Virus record (IMG/VR): IMGVR_UViG_3300002026_000105
DNA length: 32,713 nucleotides
Origin: a virus
Direction: 5' to 3' (one strand)
Notes under the pieces: generated by a model
Seen by the model: only the letters and a program-made list of their open reading frames with translations
Databases searched by the model: none
Told to the model about the DNA's origin: nothing
Part shown: positions 17,053 through 25,316 of the stretch, one piece after another
How the letters are laid out: each line of letters begins with the position of its first letter
Numbering within the stretch: the stretch's first letter is position 1
Translations under genes and position numbers: made by a program

Positions 17053-18441
17053 TTAATATGCAATAGTATCAGATACGAACGCTATTACACAGTTATGTCC
17101 TGGACCTCTAAGAGCCAAGGTTCCATAGAATTGGAGGATACATTGCAATACTGGTCCACCTGATGCTAAGGAAGCAGGTTGGATAGTAACATAGTCATCA
17201 ATTATGAAACCATAAGTATTACCCTTCATATCAGGGGTAGATACACCATTTACTGGCTGAGCACCAGGAGCATTACCAACGATACCGGTATTAGTTGGAG
17301 TTTCAGAGTTTGTCAACATGACATATTCAATAGACTCTTCATCAATAAGGTAGGCGGTAAATCTTGGGCAATAAGGATCTTCCCAAACTTTATCGGCATA
17401 AGATGTAGAGAACATGAACTTCATGTCATTAAGGCCCATAGCCACTTCATTCTTTTTACCCTTGCTTGGAGAGTTAGTATCCTGCCAGTAAGTTGTCTTG
17501 GCATTTACTTCATCCATAATTATCTGATAGTCATCAGGGTTTACTATCATCCAATTAGCTTTTCCACCAGCAGATCTAACATCTTTTACCGCTCTGTTAA
17601 GGGCAGAAGAGAACTTTTCACCTGATGCTCTCTTAACAAAGTTACCAGCTAATCTTGATGGGAATACTGATCTATCTACACCGTAGAAAGAGGTACCAAT
17701 ATAAGTTGCCCAGTCTCCACCTGTTCTCATTTCAAGAGAAGGTAACCAACCGGCAAGGCCCATTGGAAGGAGAGGAGTATTACCTGTTCTACAACCTTGG
17801 ATACAGATCCAGTCAGTTGCAGCCCAAGTTTCTATTGCTGTTGCAGTAAATGTGATAACATTACCATTGATGGCAGTTACGGTATTTACTGATGTTCTAA
17901 GGGCAGATGATGGTAATTTACCATTTGTTACCTGGAAAGTAGAACCGATATCTAACTTTACTACAGTAGAGAATGTTCCTAAATCTGCAGTGTTGCTTCC
18001 TACCTGTGTGGTAATAGCATCGTGAGCAGGTCCAACTTCACCAAAACCCATACCATAAAGAGAGGTTGCAGTAAGTCTGCGGAAAGCAGCAGTACCATCA
18101 AACATCTTTATTACAGGGATAGGTACGATAGCTCCTCTGATATTTTCAGAGGCAAATACTTCTTGTGCTCCAACATTAAAGATTGAGAAAAGTTGTCCTG
18201 AAGTAACGGCAAACTGTACATTCTTAGTTGTACCAGCAGCGGCATTCAAGGCGGCTACTGTAGCATCACCAGAGCAAGCTCCACCTGATCCATAGTTAGC
18301 AGCAAAGTTGTAAGACTTACCTGTTACCCTGTTTTTTACGATCTCTTTCAATACTGGACTATCTCTCCATAAGAGTTGTTCCATTTCTTTGTCAGTATAA
18401 AATACTTTTAATACATCTTGTAAGTTCTGTTCTAAAGCCAT
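17053..18441 (-). CDS. Major capsid protein (462 aa)
   Basis: The position is scaffold-like gene, then this gene, then a strong terminator. SD is AAAGGAGAATAATT and the size is typical of HK97-fold capsid proteins. The family was not verified by search. Confidence 0.7.
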   Translation of the reverse strand: MALEQNLQDVLKVFYTDKEMEQLLWRDSPVLKEIVKNRVTGKSYNFAANYGSGGACSGDATVAALNAAAGTTKNVQFAVTSGQLFSIFNVGAQEVFASENIRGAIVPIPVIKMFDGTAAFRRLTATSLYGMGFGEVGPAHDAITTQVGSNTADLGTFSTVVKLDIGSTFQVTNGKLPSSALRTSVNTVTAINGNVITFTATAIETWAATDWICIQGCRTGNTPLLPMGLAGWLPSLEMRTGGDWATYIGTSFYGVDRSVFPSRLAGNFVKRASGEKFSSALNRAVKDVRSAGGKANWMIVNPDDYQIIMDEVNAKTTYWQDTNSPSKGKKNEVAMGLNDMKFMFSTSYADKVWEDPYCPRFTAYLIDEESIEYVMLTNSETPTNTGIVGNAPGAQPVNGVSTPDMKGNTYGFIIDDYVTIQPASLASGGPVLQCILQFYGTLALRGPGHNCVIAFVSDTIAY

Positions 18442-18456
18442 AATTATTCTCCTTTG

Positions 18457-18981
18457 TTAAAACTTGATATTTCCGGCCTTGGCCTTCATATTCTTTATCT
18501 TTTCCATCTGTGTATCTACTTCTGATACCTCTTTTTCTGGTTCTACTTTGACCTCTATCTCGGTCTCTACAACTTCAGGTTTCTTGGCAAACTTGGAAAG
18601 ACTTTGTAGCTTGTTTTCCAATTGTTCAAGAGCCTTATTCACAAACTCACCCTCTTTAGTATCATCCCATTCTTCAACCTTGTTCTTCATCTCTTGGATA
18701 TCTTCATATAGATCAGCTATTGCATCATTACCACCAGTCAACTCTGAATAAAAGTCCTTGTATGGATCTAATTTACTACCATATTTCTGTGATAGGTCAT
18801 TTAACCCATATTGTTTCTCTTGATGCTGGTATGTTCTAGTGATACCACCAATAACATCATCCATAAGTAGCTTTTCATTGTTGTCTACCCTTTCTGTTAG
18901 GATCTGAACTTGGTTAAGAATACTCTCCATAATAGCTATTAGAGGTTCTAATTGTTCCTTATCTTGTTCCATATCGTTCAT
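18457..18981 (-). CDS. Scaffolding protein candidate (174 aa, acidic, helical)
   Basis: Lies between portal and capsid genes, is E/D/K-rich, and is preceded by the late motif plus AAGGAGAGCAATT. Confidence 0.55.
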   Translation of the reverse strand: MNDMEQDKEQLEPLIAIMESILNQVQILTERVDNNEKLLMDDVIGGITRTYQHQEKQYGLNDLSQKYGSKLDPYKDFYSELTGGNDAIADLYEDIQEMKNKVEEWDDTKEGEFVNKALEQLENKLQSLSKFAKKPEVVETEIEVKVEPEKEVSEVDTQMEKIKNMKAKAGNIKF

Positions 18982-18994
18982 AATTGCTCTCCTT

Positions 18995-19007
18995 ATATAT
19001 AGTTATG
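18995..19007 (-). promoter_or_regulatory. Conserved late-gene motif CATAACTATATAT (copy 2)
   Basis: Exact 13-mer abutting the SD of the scaffold gene (CATAACTATATATAAGGAG). Confidence 0.45.
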
Positions 19008-19020
19008 TTTCTCCGGAGCT

Positions 19021-20793
19021 CTATACAGAGACGGGTAACTCATTTGTTGGTCCTTGTACCATTGGTGGTTTAGCTGGCGTAGGTGGTGGAAGAGGTGGTT
19101 GTAACTCTTCATTTATCTCATCCATCATCCCTTTTAGTTGGTTTATGAATAAAGTAAGGTTCTCTAATACCTCTAACTTTTCATCATTTGCATCTAACCT
19201 AAAGAGAGTATTGACAGATTGGTTAAAGAGTTGTTGTATATTCTGTACCTCATAAAAGTAGAATACTGGTGTTCCTTCATCATCCTGACCATCAGGCCCA
19301 TTCTCTATAACCCTTTCTATAGTCTTTTCATTTATATCCCAAGCTGCTGTCTGGATAGAGTAGGCTTGTTCAAGATCTGGCATTTCTAATAAGGTACTAG
19401 CCATAGACGGATCAATTACCTTCATGGCTATCAACTTTTCTATCTGTTGCATCTTGACTACAGGATCTTTGGATAGACTATTTGAAGCCGAATATTGGAT
19501 ATTAAACATCTCTCTTTCTTGTTTGATATCTTTCCAAGTTATAGGTGATCTAGCTCTTCTGTTTGGTAAAACATCTTCATCTTTAGGGAATATGTCTATC
19601 ATCCTTTCTGCTAGATCTTTCATTAGTCTAATATAATTTTGTAAGATAACATTGTGTCTTTCACTTTCAACATCTTCTAGTGTCTGTAAAGCTACTCCAG
19701 AATTAAGACCAGTAGGTTTCTTGGACTGAGCAGAGAGTTGAGAGATACCGGACATGTTGTACAGTTTCTGCTCAAATAGTTCTAGTAATTGGATCCACAT
19801 ACCATCAATAGGGGATGGTGTAGTTACAGAGATAGGGTTACCACCATTAGCTTGCATATTATACTCAAACACATCACCAATTTTAGCGGCAGCTACCATT
19901 GAAGTTTTAATGTCACTTCCTCTTGGTACGAATACCAGGTTAGCTGGTGATAGGTTAGCAGATGCAGAGATTTTGTAACATAGATCATCTATCATCTTTT
20001 GGATTCTATAACTAACATCTATCAAAGAGTCAGAGAAAGAACCCTTAATAGGTTCCTTGTAATATAACCACACAAATGGAGGGACAGAGTATTCGATAGT
20101 TCTCTCGGCTAATAACTGATCTCCAATATACTTGTACTCTTTCTTGCCTAATAGATCCCAATATATCCTATAGTCTACATAGGCATTAGGTGTATCATTG
20201 ATACTCTGGGCAAAAGGTGAGCCTTCTTTAATATCATCTATCAAGGCTATTAAAGGATATTGTCTCCTTCTTAATTCTATCCTAGTAAGTTTACCTTGCG
20301 TCATCTCTGCTGCATCATAAAACAGTTCCCAAGGTTTAACTACCTCAACTGACTTATTTTCATCTCTAACCCACAAGACTCCCATATCAAACACTAGAGC
20401 ATCAGTAACTGCTGCGACTGCCTTCTTGTACACATCTTGTTTATCAAAATACTCATCAAAGTAAATCTGTGCATTTCTGCAAGTCTTGACTGTCTTGAAT
20501 GTTCCTAATACTGGGTTGTAAAATGGTCTAACTTTAGTCTGTGATATCTTGCTAACTACCGTATCTACCGCTGATCTTAATACATTTAATGATGGTATAT
20601 TTCCAGATTGTTCATCTTGGATATTATAGTAGGCTATAACATTACCATAGGTATTATGTATATCCTCCATCCTGTTTCCATTATTGTAATATCTATTAAA
20701 GTTTCTTCTATACTTTACATCTCTCCTAGATAGGAAACCTTCCATAAGAGACATATCTAATTGTACATATTCTTTACTTCTCTTGATCTTCAT
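19021..20793 (-). CDS. Portal protein candidate (590 aa)
   Basis: Size and position (TerL, small ORF, this gene, scaffold, capsid). Pro-rich C-terminal tail. Not verified by search. Confidence 0.65.
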   Translation of the reverse strand: MKIKRSKEYVQLDMSLMEGFLSRRDVKYRRNFNRYYNNGNRMEDIHNTYGNVIAYYNIQDEQSGNIPSLNVLRSAVDTVVSKISQTKVRPFYNPVLGTFKTVKTCRNAQIYFDEYFDKQDVYKKAVAAVTDALVFDMGVLWVRDENKSVEVVKPWELFYDAAEMTQGKLTRIELRRRQYPLIALIDDIKEGSPFAQSINDTPNAYVDYRIYWDLLGKKEYKYIGDQLLAERTIEYSVPPFVWLYYKEPIKGSFSDSLIDVSYRIQKMIDDLCYKISASANLSPANLVFVPRGSDIKTSMVAAAKIGDVFEYNMQANGGNPISVTTPSPIDGMWIQLLELFEQKLYNMSGISQLSAQSKKPTGLNSGVALQTLEDVESERHNVILQNYIRLMKDLAERMIDIFPKDEDVLPNRRARSPITWKDIKQEREMFNIQYSASNSLSKDPVVKMQQIEKLIAMKVIDPSMASTLLEMPDLEQAYSIQTAAWDINEKTIERVIENGPDGQDDEGTPVFYFYEVQNIQQLFNQSVNTLFRLDANDEKLEVLENLTLFINQLKGMMDEINEELQPPLPPPTPAKPPMVQGPTNELPVSV

Positions 20794-20802
20794 ATTGTCT
20801 CC

Positions 20803-21039
20803 TTAAAACGCTTCTTGATACCTATTATTTAGTTTATCAAACTCATCCTGTCTCTTTATATCCATCTTGCTACCATCTTTGAAAGTAACCGTAATTATCA
20901 CTCCGTGTTGTGCAGAGTTTATCAACTCTTTAATAATGGAATAATTAGGGTCAGAAGCTGACATCTTGTCTAACCTCTTTTGTTTTATCTCTTGTTCTCT
21001 TATTACTCTATAAGCCGCTAGTAATGCTTTATAGTCCAT
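20803..21039 (-). CDS. Hypothetical protein (78 aa) between terminase and portal
   Basis: ORF preceded by the late motif and AAGGAGATACTAG. Confidence 0.6.
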   Translation of the reverse strand: MDYKALLAAYRVIREQEIKQKRLDKMSASDPNYSIIKELINSAQHGVIITVTFKDGSKMDIKRQDEFDKLNNRYQEAF

Positions 21040-21052
21040 CTAGTATCTCCTT

Positions 21053-21065
21053 ATATATAGTTATG
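21053..21065 (-). promoter_or_regulatory. Conserved late-gene motif CATAACTATATAT (copy 3)
   Basis: Exact 13-mer abutting the SD of the 78-aa gene. Confidence 0.45.
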
Positions 21066-21067
21066 TT

Positions 21068-22657
21068 TTATTGAGGTTTTGTATAGTTTTGCCAAATATA
21101 TCGCATAGAGTAGAGAACAGCATCTAGAAGATCAGGGTGGAACGCACCATCATCTATCTCTCTAGTAAGTTCATCTTTATCATTTCTCCCCCAAATAGTC
21201 TTTAATGCTTCATCAGCAAATATACTATCCTTCTTTACTTTGAATATACCTTTTCTTGTTTCTTCTTGTAGTAATTCTATGGCCATATCTTTATTAGCTT
21301 TATAGGCATCTAGACAAGATAGACCAAATTGTTGGTTAAGTTCAAAACTGATCTTCTTTCCAGCTCCTCCTGAGTCAGAGTAGATATAAAAATGTTTATC
21401 AGGTATAGAGGTGAATAAGGATGAGGTGGTAGTATACTTGATACCTTCTTTTATCTTATCAGCTAACTCTGTAACTCCTGTTCTGTTCCCTTTATGTTCA
21501 AAGACTATCCACCTTTCTGGTGATGAAGTAGAGTAGAGTATGATAACAAACCCATCACTATCTCTGAACCCATAGTCTAACCCTCCAGTAAAATGGAGAT
21601 CACCTCTAGGTTGTGAGTTTATCCAAGCTTGTAATTGGGTATCTGTATAAAAGTTATTGTCACCTAACCTATAAACCATGGCATCCGTATCATAGCAGAT
21701 TCTTCCCAAGTATTCTCTTTGAAACAATGGACTTTCATTAGTTAAACCTTTTTCCTTTTTAACTTCATCTAATACCTTTTCATAATTATTGATAAATGGA
21801 TTCTGACTTAGATTCCAGTTCATCCTTTTACCTGGGTATTTATCCAAGTTAGTATACATTTCTTCCCAAAAAGAACCACCTATTCTAGGTCCAGTTCCTG
21901 ATAATACTAATGTTCCACCAGTATCCAATAACATAGGTTCACAGATATCTTGTATTAGATAAGATAAACTATCCTGACTTTGAGCTTCATCTATAATAAT
22001 GATATCATAATGTCCACCTCTCATATTCTCTCTACTAGCTGTAGAAGCATTACCTTTAATATAAAACTCACTACCATTCTCTATCTGTATGTATCCTTCT
22101 GATCTATTGTCTTTTAACACATCTATCCCTAGTTTTTCACAATAACTTATCATCTGGTTAAACATTTGGTCCATACCTACTCCAACCGTTCTTGCTATAT
22201 AGAGTGTCTTAGAACCAGCACGGCACTGCATAGAATCTAAACATTTCAGAATATGTCCATCAGTCTTACCAGCTCTACGACCTGCCATCTGGAATATTCT
22301 TTTATCTTTACTTAGGATATATTCTTGTTGTATATCATGAGCTAATAAATGAACTCTATATCTAAGAAAGTCTTCATCCATCTTTTTACCCTTATTGATA
22401 TACTCATCTATAGAGTCTAACACACCAGGTTCTAGTAACCTTTCAGCCATGAATTGCCTGGCCCTGTAATCCGAGTTTGATAGAGCATCCTTCATCAGCT
22501 TCTGTAAAAATACATCATAATAGGTAGACATGGTTTTACCATTCTTTACTTTAGTGTTCATTATATCCAAGAACGCTTCTTGTATCATATGTTTATATGA
22601 GGTACTTCCTGGTTTTCTTCCTGCTGGGTTACCAGATTGTCCTGGTTTATATGGCAT
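21068..22657 (-). CDS. terL: Terminase large subunit (529 aa)
   Basis: Walker A is MAGRRAGKTDG and Walker B is YDIIIIDEAQ. The C-terminal nuclease-like region includes IYSDSGGAG. The N-terminus carries GQSGNPAGRKPG. SD is TTAAGGAGTAAT. Confidence 0.9.
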   Translation of the reverse strand: MPYKPGQSGNPAGRKPGSTSYKHMIQEAFLDIMNTKVKNGKTMSTYYDVFLQKLMKDALSNSDYRARQFMAERLLEPGVLDSIDEYINKGKKMDEDFLRYRVHLLAHDIQQEYILSKDKRIFQMAGRRAGKTDGHILKCLDSMQCRAGSKTLYIARTVGVGMDQMFNQMISYCEKLGIDVLKDNRSEGYIQIENGSEFYIKGNASTASRENMRGGHYDIIIIDEAQSQDSLSYLIQDICEPMLLDTGGTLVLSGTGPRIGGSFWEEMYTNLDKYPGKRMNWNLSQNPFINNYEKVLDEVKKEKGLTNESPLFQREYLGRICYDTDAMVYRLGDNNFYTDTQLQAWINSQPRGDLHFTGGLDYGFRDSDGFVIILYSTSSPERWIVFEHKGNRTGVTELADKIKEGIKYTTTSSLFTSIPDKHFYIYSDSGGAGKKISFELNQQFGLSCLDAYKANKDMAIELLQEETRKGIFKVKKDSIFADEALKTIWGRNDKDELTREIDDGAFHPDLLDAVLYSMRYIWQNYTKPQ

Positions 22658-22692
22658 ATTACTCCTTAATTGCTAACTAATTGTTATTACAG

Positions 22693-22705
22693 ATATATAG
22701 TTATG
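22693..22705 (-). promoter_or_regulatory. Conserved late-gene motif CATAACTATATAT (copy 4)
   Basis: Exact 13-mer, 25 nt downstream of the terminator at 22730-22755 and ~35 nt upstream of the terL SD. Confidence 0.45.
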
Positions 22706-22729
22706 TTTGAGAGCTCGGTATACTTGACA

Positions 22730-22755
22730 TAAAAAAAGAGGCCGTTAAGCCTCTT
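22730..22755 (-). terminator. Intrinsic terminator separating early/middle genes from the packaging/structural operon
   Basis: Minus strand reads AAGAGGC-TTAACG-GCCTCTT followed by TTTTTATG. Confidence 0.8.
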
Positions 22756-22759
22756 GGTA

Positions 22760-23233
22760 TTATAGAGTATCTCCTTTATACTCATATTCACCTACCTCTT
22801 TTATCTTCTCAAAGTTTATCCTGTACTTGGTACCCTTTATCTTGGTAATATACCCTTTCTCTTGCAAAGTTAGTAGATAAGGGAAATAGTCTTTGGGTAA
22901 TATACCACTCAAGCTTTGTAGTTTGTTAGTATTTAATGGGACCTCAAAGGTGGTGAGGTCTCCGTGCTTGGGGAAATAGTCTATTATTGTCCAAAGCAAT
23001 TTAGTCTTGGAGAAACCTAGATCCTCAAATACCTTGATCATTATCTTGCTCTTGCTAGTTTCTCTTACCTCTTCTCCGTAATAAGCATCTAACTCTTGCT
23101 TTATCAGGATAGATTGTTCAGGCGTTATTACCTCTTTACTAAGAGCATAGACATTAAGGGCGTAACAATAAGTCTTATCGTGTGGTAACCATCTTACCAT
23201 CTCTTGTGCTATATTTTCTTTATTCTCTATCAA
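22760..23233 (-). CDS. DNA-binding-like protein (157 aa), possible small terminase by position
   Basis: TTG start with AGGAGGATGGAC upstream, overlapping the upstream stop (TTGA). The C-terminal segment LTLQEKGYITKIKGTKYRIN looks winged-helix-like. The function is a guess. Confidence 0.5.
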   Translation of the reverse strand: MIENKENIAQEMVRWLPHDKTYCYALNVYALSKEVITPEQSILIKQELDAYYGEEVRETSKSKIMIKVFEDLGFSKTKLLWTIIDYFPKHGDLTTFEVPLNTNKLQSLSGILPKDYFPYLLTLQEKGYITKIKGTKYRINFEKIKEVGEYEYKGDTL

Positions 23234-23409
23234 AGTCCATCCTCCTGTTGATCATTCCAGGCATCCCAAACAGGGTCATTCTCTTTACCTAGGAGTAAAG
23301 CTTTAGCTAGCTCATCTCCTTCTAACCTGTTCAAGTAACCTTTGTAAGCTCTCTTTTCTGCGTCTTCTAACTCTTTTAACATAGCCTTTATCTTATTATC
23401 TAGGTTCAT
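23230..23409 (-). CDS. Hypothetical 59-aa protein (just below the ORF-track cutoff)
   Basis: Hand translation gives MNLDNKIKAMLKELEDAEKRAYKGYLNRLEGDELAKALLLGKENDPVWDAWNDQQEDGL. GAGGTAGAGG lies upstream of the ATG. Confidence 0.5.
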   Translation of the reverse strand: MNLDNKIKAMLKELEDAEKRAYKGYLNRLEGDELAKALLLGKENDPVWDAWNDQQEDGL

Positions 23410-23557
23410 CCTCTACCTCTAATAACTGATAATACCGGAGTAATTCTCTGATAATTTCAGAGACATTATTACCTGTACTCTCACAGTGTCGCCTTAACCA
23501 CTCTCTCTCTTGTTTACCGATCTTGCTGGTTACGGTCACTAAACTATCTGCTTTCAC
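23396..23557 (-). CDS. Ribbon-helix-helix (CopG/Arc-like) DNA-binding protein candidate (53 aa, GTG start)
   Basis: Hand translation gives (M)KADSLVTVTSKIGKQEREWLRRHCESTGNNVSEIIRELLRYYQLLEVEDEPR, a strand-helix-helix pattern typical of RHH repressors. The start is uncertain (GTG at 23557 or 23539) and the SD is weak. Confidence 0.45.
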   Translation of the reverse strand: MKADSLVTVTSKIGKQEREWLRRHCESTGNNVSEIIRELLRYYQLLEVEDEPR

Positions 23558-23756
23558 TGATCCAATTCTCTCTGGATATTTGATAAAGTTTATTGTGGTT
23601 GCGGTACCACCTTTTATGTAACCTTAACCAGTTAGTGGTAAACTCTTTGATATTATAGGTAGGTCTTGTCTTTTTGTTATACTCTACCCAGTCAGGGCAG
23701 GTGTAATTATTAGTATCACAAAGACCAAAATTATTGCACTCAAAACAACTTTTCAT
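23544..23756 (-). CDS. Cys-rich small protein (70 aa), zinc-ribbon-like N-terminus
   Basis: ORF with a CFEC-x5-C-x6-C pattern at the N-terminus. Confidence 0.55.
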   Translation of the reverse strand: MKSCFECNNFGLCDTNNYTCPDWVEYNKKTRPTYNIKEFTTNWLRLHKRWYRNHNKLYQISRENWISESR

Positions 23757-23901
23757 TATTTAATAACCCCTCTATTGTAGATATTCTAAGATCTCTATTT
23801 TTTTCTAATACTTGTTGAAATATTTCAGCGATCTCTTTTGGAACCTTTGTTTCCTTGTTATTATACTCATCTACTATCTCTTCTGCTGACCATGTTTTCA
23901 C
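23740..23901 (-). CDS. Hypothetical 53-aa protein (GTG start, below the ORF-track cutoff)
   Basis: AGGAGATAATACA precedes the GTG. Translation gives (M)KTWSAEEIVDEYNNKETKVPKEIAEIFQQVLEKNRDLRISTIEGLLNNEKLF, which is helical and possibly HTH-like. Confidence 0.45.
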   Translation of the reverse strand: MKTWSAEEIVDEYNNKETKVPKEIAEIFQQVLEKNRDLRISTIEGLLNNEKLF

Positions 23902-23905
23902 TGTA

Positions 23906-24430
23906 TTATCTCCTCGTATTTCTGTATAGTATTTGTAACCTTTTAGCGTGAGCGTAGATCCAAGATCTAGGGAGGTAGGTATCTAATTTTAACATAGCCT
24001 CTTTGAAAGTTTTGGCTTTGTAAACATCAAACAGTATCTCCTTCCATCTAGGGCTATCTTCTTCTATCTCCTCTATCACCCACCTAGTATCCTCTTTAAT
24101 AGGTCTTGGTGGTACACTAAGGTTAGGTGGATAGGGAGTTTCCAGGTCTAGTTTCTTTTGTTTATAGTCATACAAACAATACAAGACATCGTGCCCTATC
24201 CTCTTGGCAGGGGATGTAGAGAACCAAAGGGGGTTTTTGAGGTACATCTCTATAAACCTGATGGCACTATTATGTGATGTCTCTTCATAGTTCACCTTGT
24301 TCTTGGCCTTATAGACCGTAATAGAGTGAGCAATATTCTTGGCTTCTCTATACATCTCCGCCAATATATCAGGGGATCTAGAAATAAGGTAGATGTCTTG
24401 TAGAGTACGGTACTTGGTCTCATTTATCAT
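23906..24430 (-). CDS. Hypothetical protein (174 aa), weak sigma-factor-like pattern
   Basis: The segment EETSHNSAIRFIEMYLKNP...PAKRIGHDVLYCLYDYKQKK resembles the spacing of sigma region 2 (D..QE.f.k....f......ia.n...d..rk). The C-terminal helix is basic. Pattern-level only. Confidence 0.55.
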   Translation of the reverse strand: MINETKYRTLQDIYLISRSPDILAEMYREAKNIAHSITVYKAKNKVNYEETSHNSAIRFIEMYLKNPLWFSTSPAKRIGHDVLYCLYDYKQKKLDLETPYPPNLSVPPRPIKEDTRWVIEEIEEDSPRWKEILFDVYKAKTFKEAMLKLDTYLPRSWIYAHAKRLQILYRNTRR

Positions 24431-24804
24431 GGTCTATCCCTCTTGGCAAAAACCCATGGTGTATTATCCATAAACTCTTGATACATAACTAGGTATATAC
24501 CACCTCTTGTTCTAGCCATCATCTCCAAGTCATGTGCAAATGAGTGACAACTTGAACATAATTTTAATATATCTTCTACCTTTTCTTTATATAGGTGATC
24601 ATAGTTTTTATGGTGGATATCTATCCTCATAGGTTTCTTGTATATATCCTTTCTGATATATTTCTCCCACCTCTTTTTTCCACATATATCACACGAACAA
24701 GCCTTATCATCTGTATAAGACTTTCTTAACTCTCTCCACCATTTCGTTTTGTAATACTCTTTTAATGTTGTAGTATGTTCAGGTGGAGTTACTTTACCTC
24801 TCAT
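24427..24804 (-). CDS. HNH nuclease (125 aa)
   Basis: CSCDICGKK ... IDIHHKNYDHLYKEKVEDILKLCSSCHSFAH, i.e. CxxC ... HH ... CxxCH of the beta-beta-alpha-Me fold. Confidence 0.7.
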   Translation of the reverse strand: MRGKVTPPEHTTTLKEYYKTKWWRELRKSYTDDKACSCDICGKKRWEKYIRKDIYKKPMRIDIHHKNYDHLYKEKVEDILKLCSSCHSFAHDLEMMARTRGGIYLVMYQEFMDNTPWVFAKRDRP

Positions 24805-25316
24805 CTCTTGGCCTTATTATCAAACCACCAGATCTTTAGTTTCATCAGACCTTTCTGTTTCCTTTTCCACTTCTCATAATCTGTTTGTACCTTGTTTACT
24901 AGGGTATACTCATCTTGCATTATGACTTGACTCCAGTGTAACAAAAAAGGTTTGTATTTGGTATAAAATGTCTTGTATACTTTTGATAATGTAATAGCTT
25001 TCTGTTTCCAGTTTTCGATATGTGGTCTAGCTTCATCTATCACCTTGGTAAAAGCTTGAAAAGAGATATATTCCCTATTAGGTACAAACCTCTCTAACAT
25101 CCCTATATTCTCTTTGATAAAGTTTTTATACACAGTATCATATAGGTGAGCAGCATCAAGGTCAGCAAACTCTATAGTCTCCAACCCCTCTATAGTTCTA
25201 AATTGTGTCAAGTTTCTGACCCACCACTCAGGTCCTTCCATCCCTTGGATCTGAGCAATAACGGTTTCATACTTGTCTTGTTCTTGTTCCTTGGAAAACA
25301 CTTCGTCTAATTTCAT
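24801..25316 (-). CDS. Hypothetical protein (171 aa)
   Basis: ORF with ATGA coupling on both sides. No family recognised. Confidence 0.6.
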   Translation of the reverse strand: MKLDEVFSKEQEQDKYETVIAQIQGMEGPEWWVRNLTQFRTIEGLETIEFADLDAAHLYDTVYKNFIKENIGMLERFVPNREYISFQAFTKVIDEARPHIENWKQKAITLSKVYKTFYTKYKPFLLHWSQVIMQDEYTLVNKVQTDYEKWKRKQKGLMKLKIWWFDNKAKR

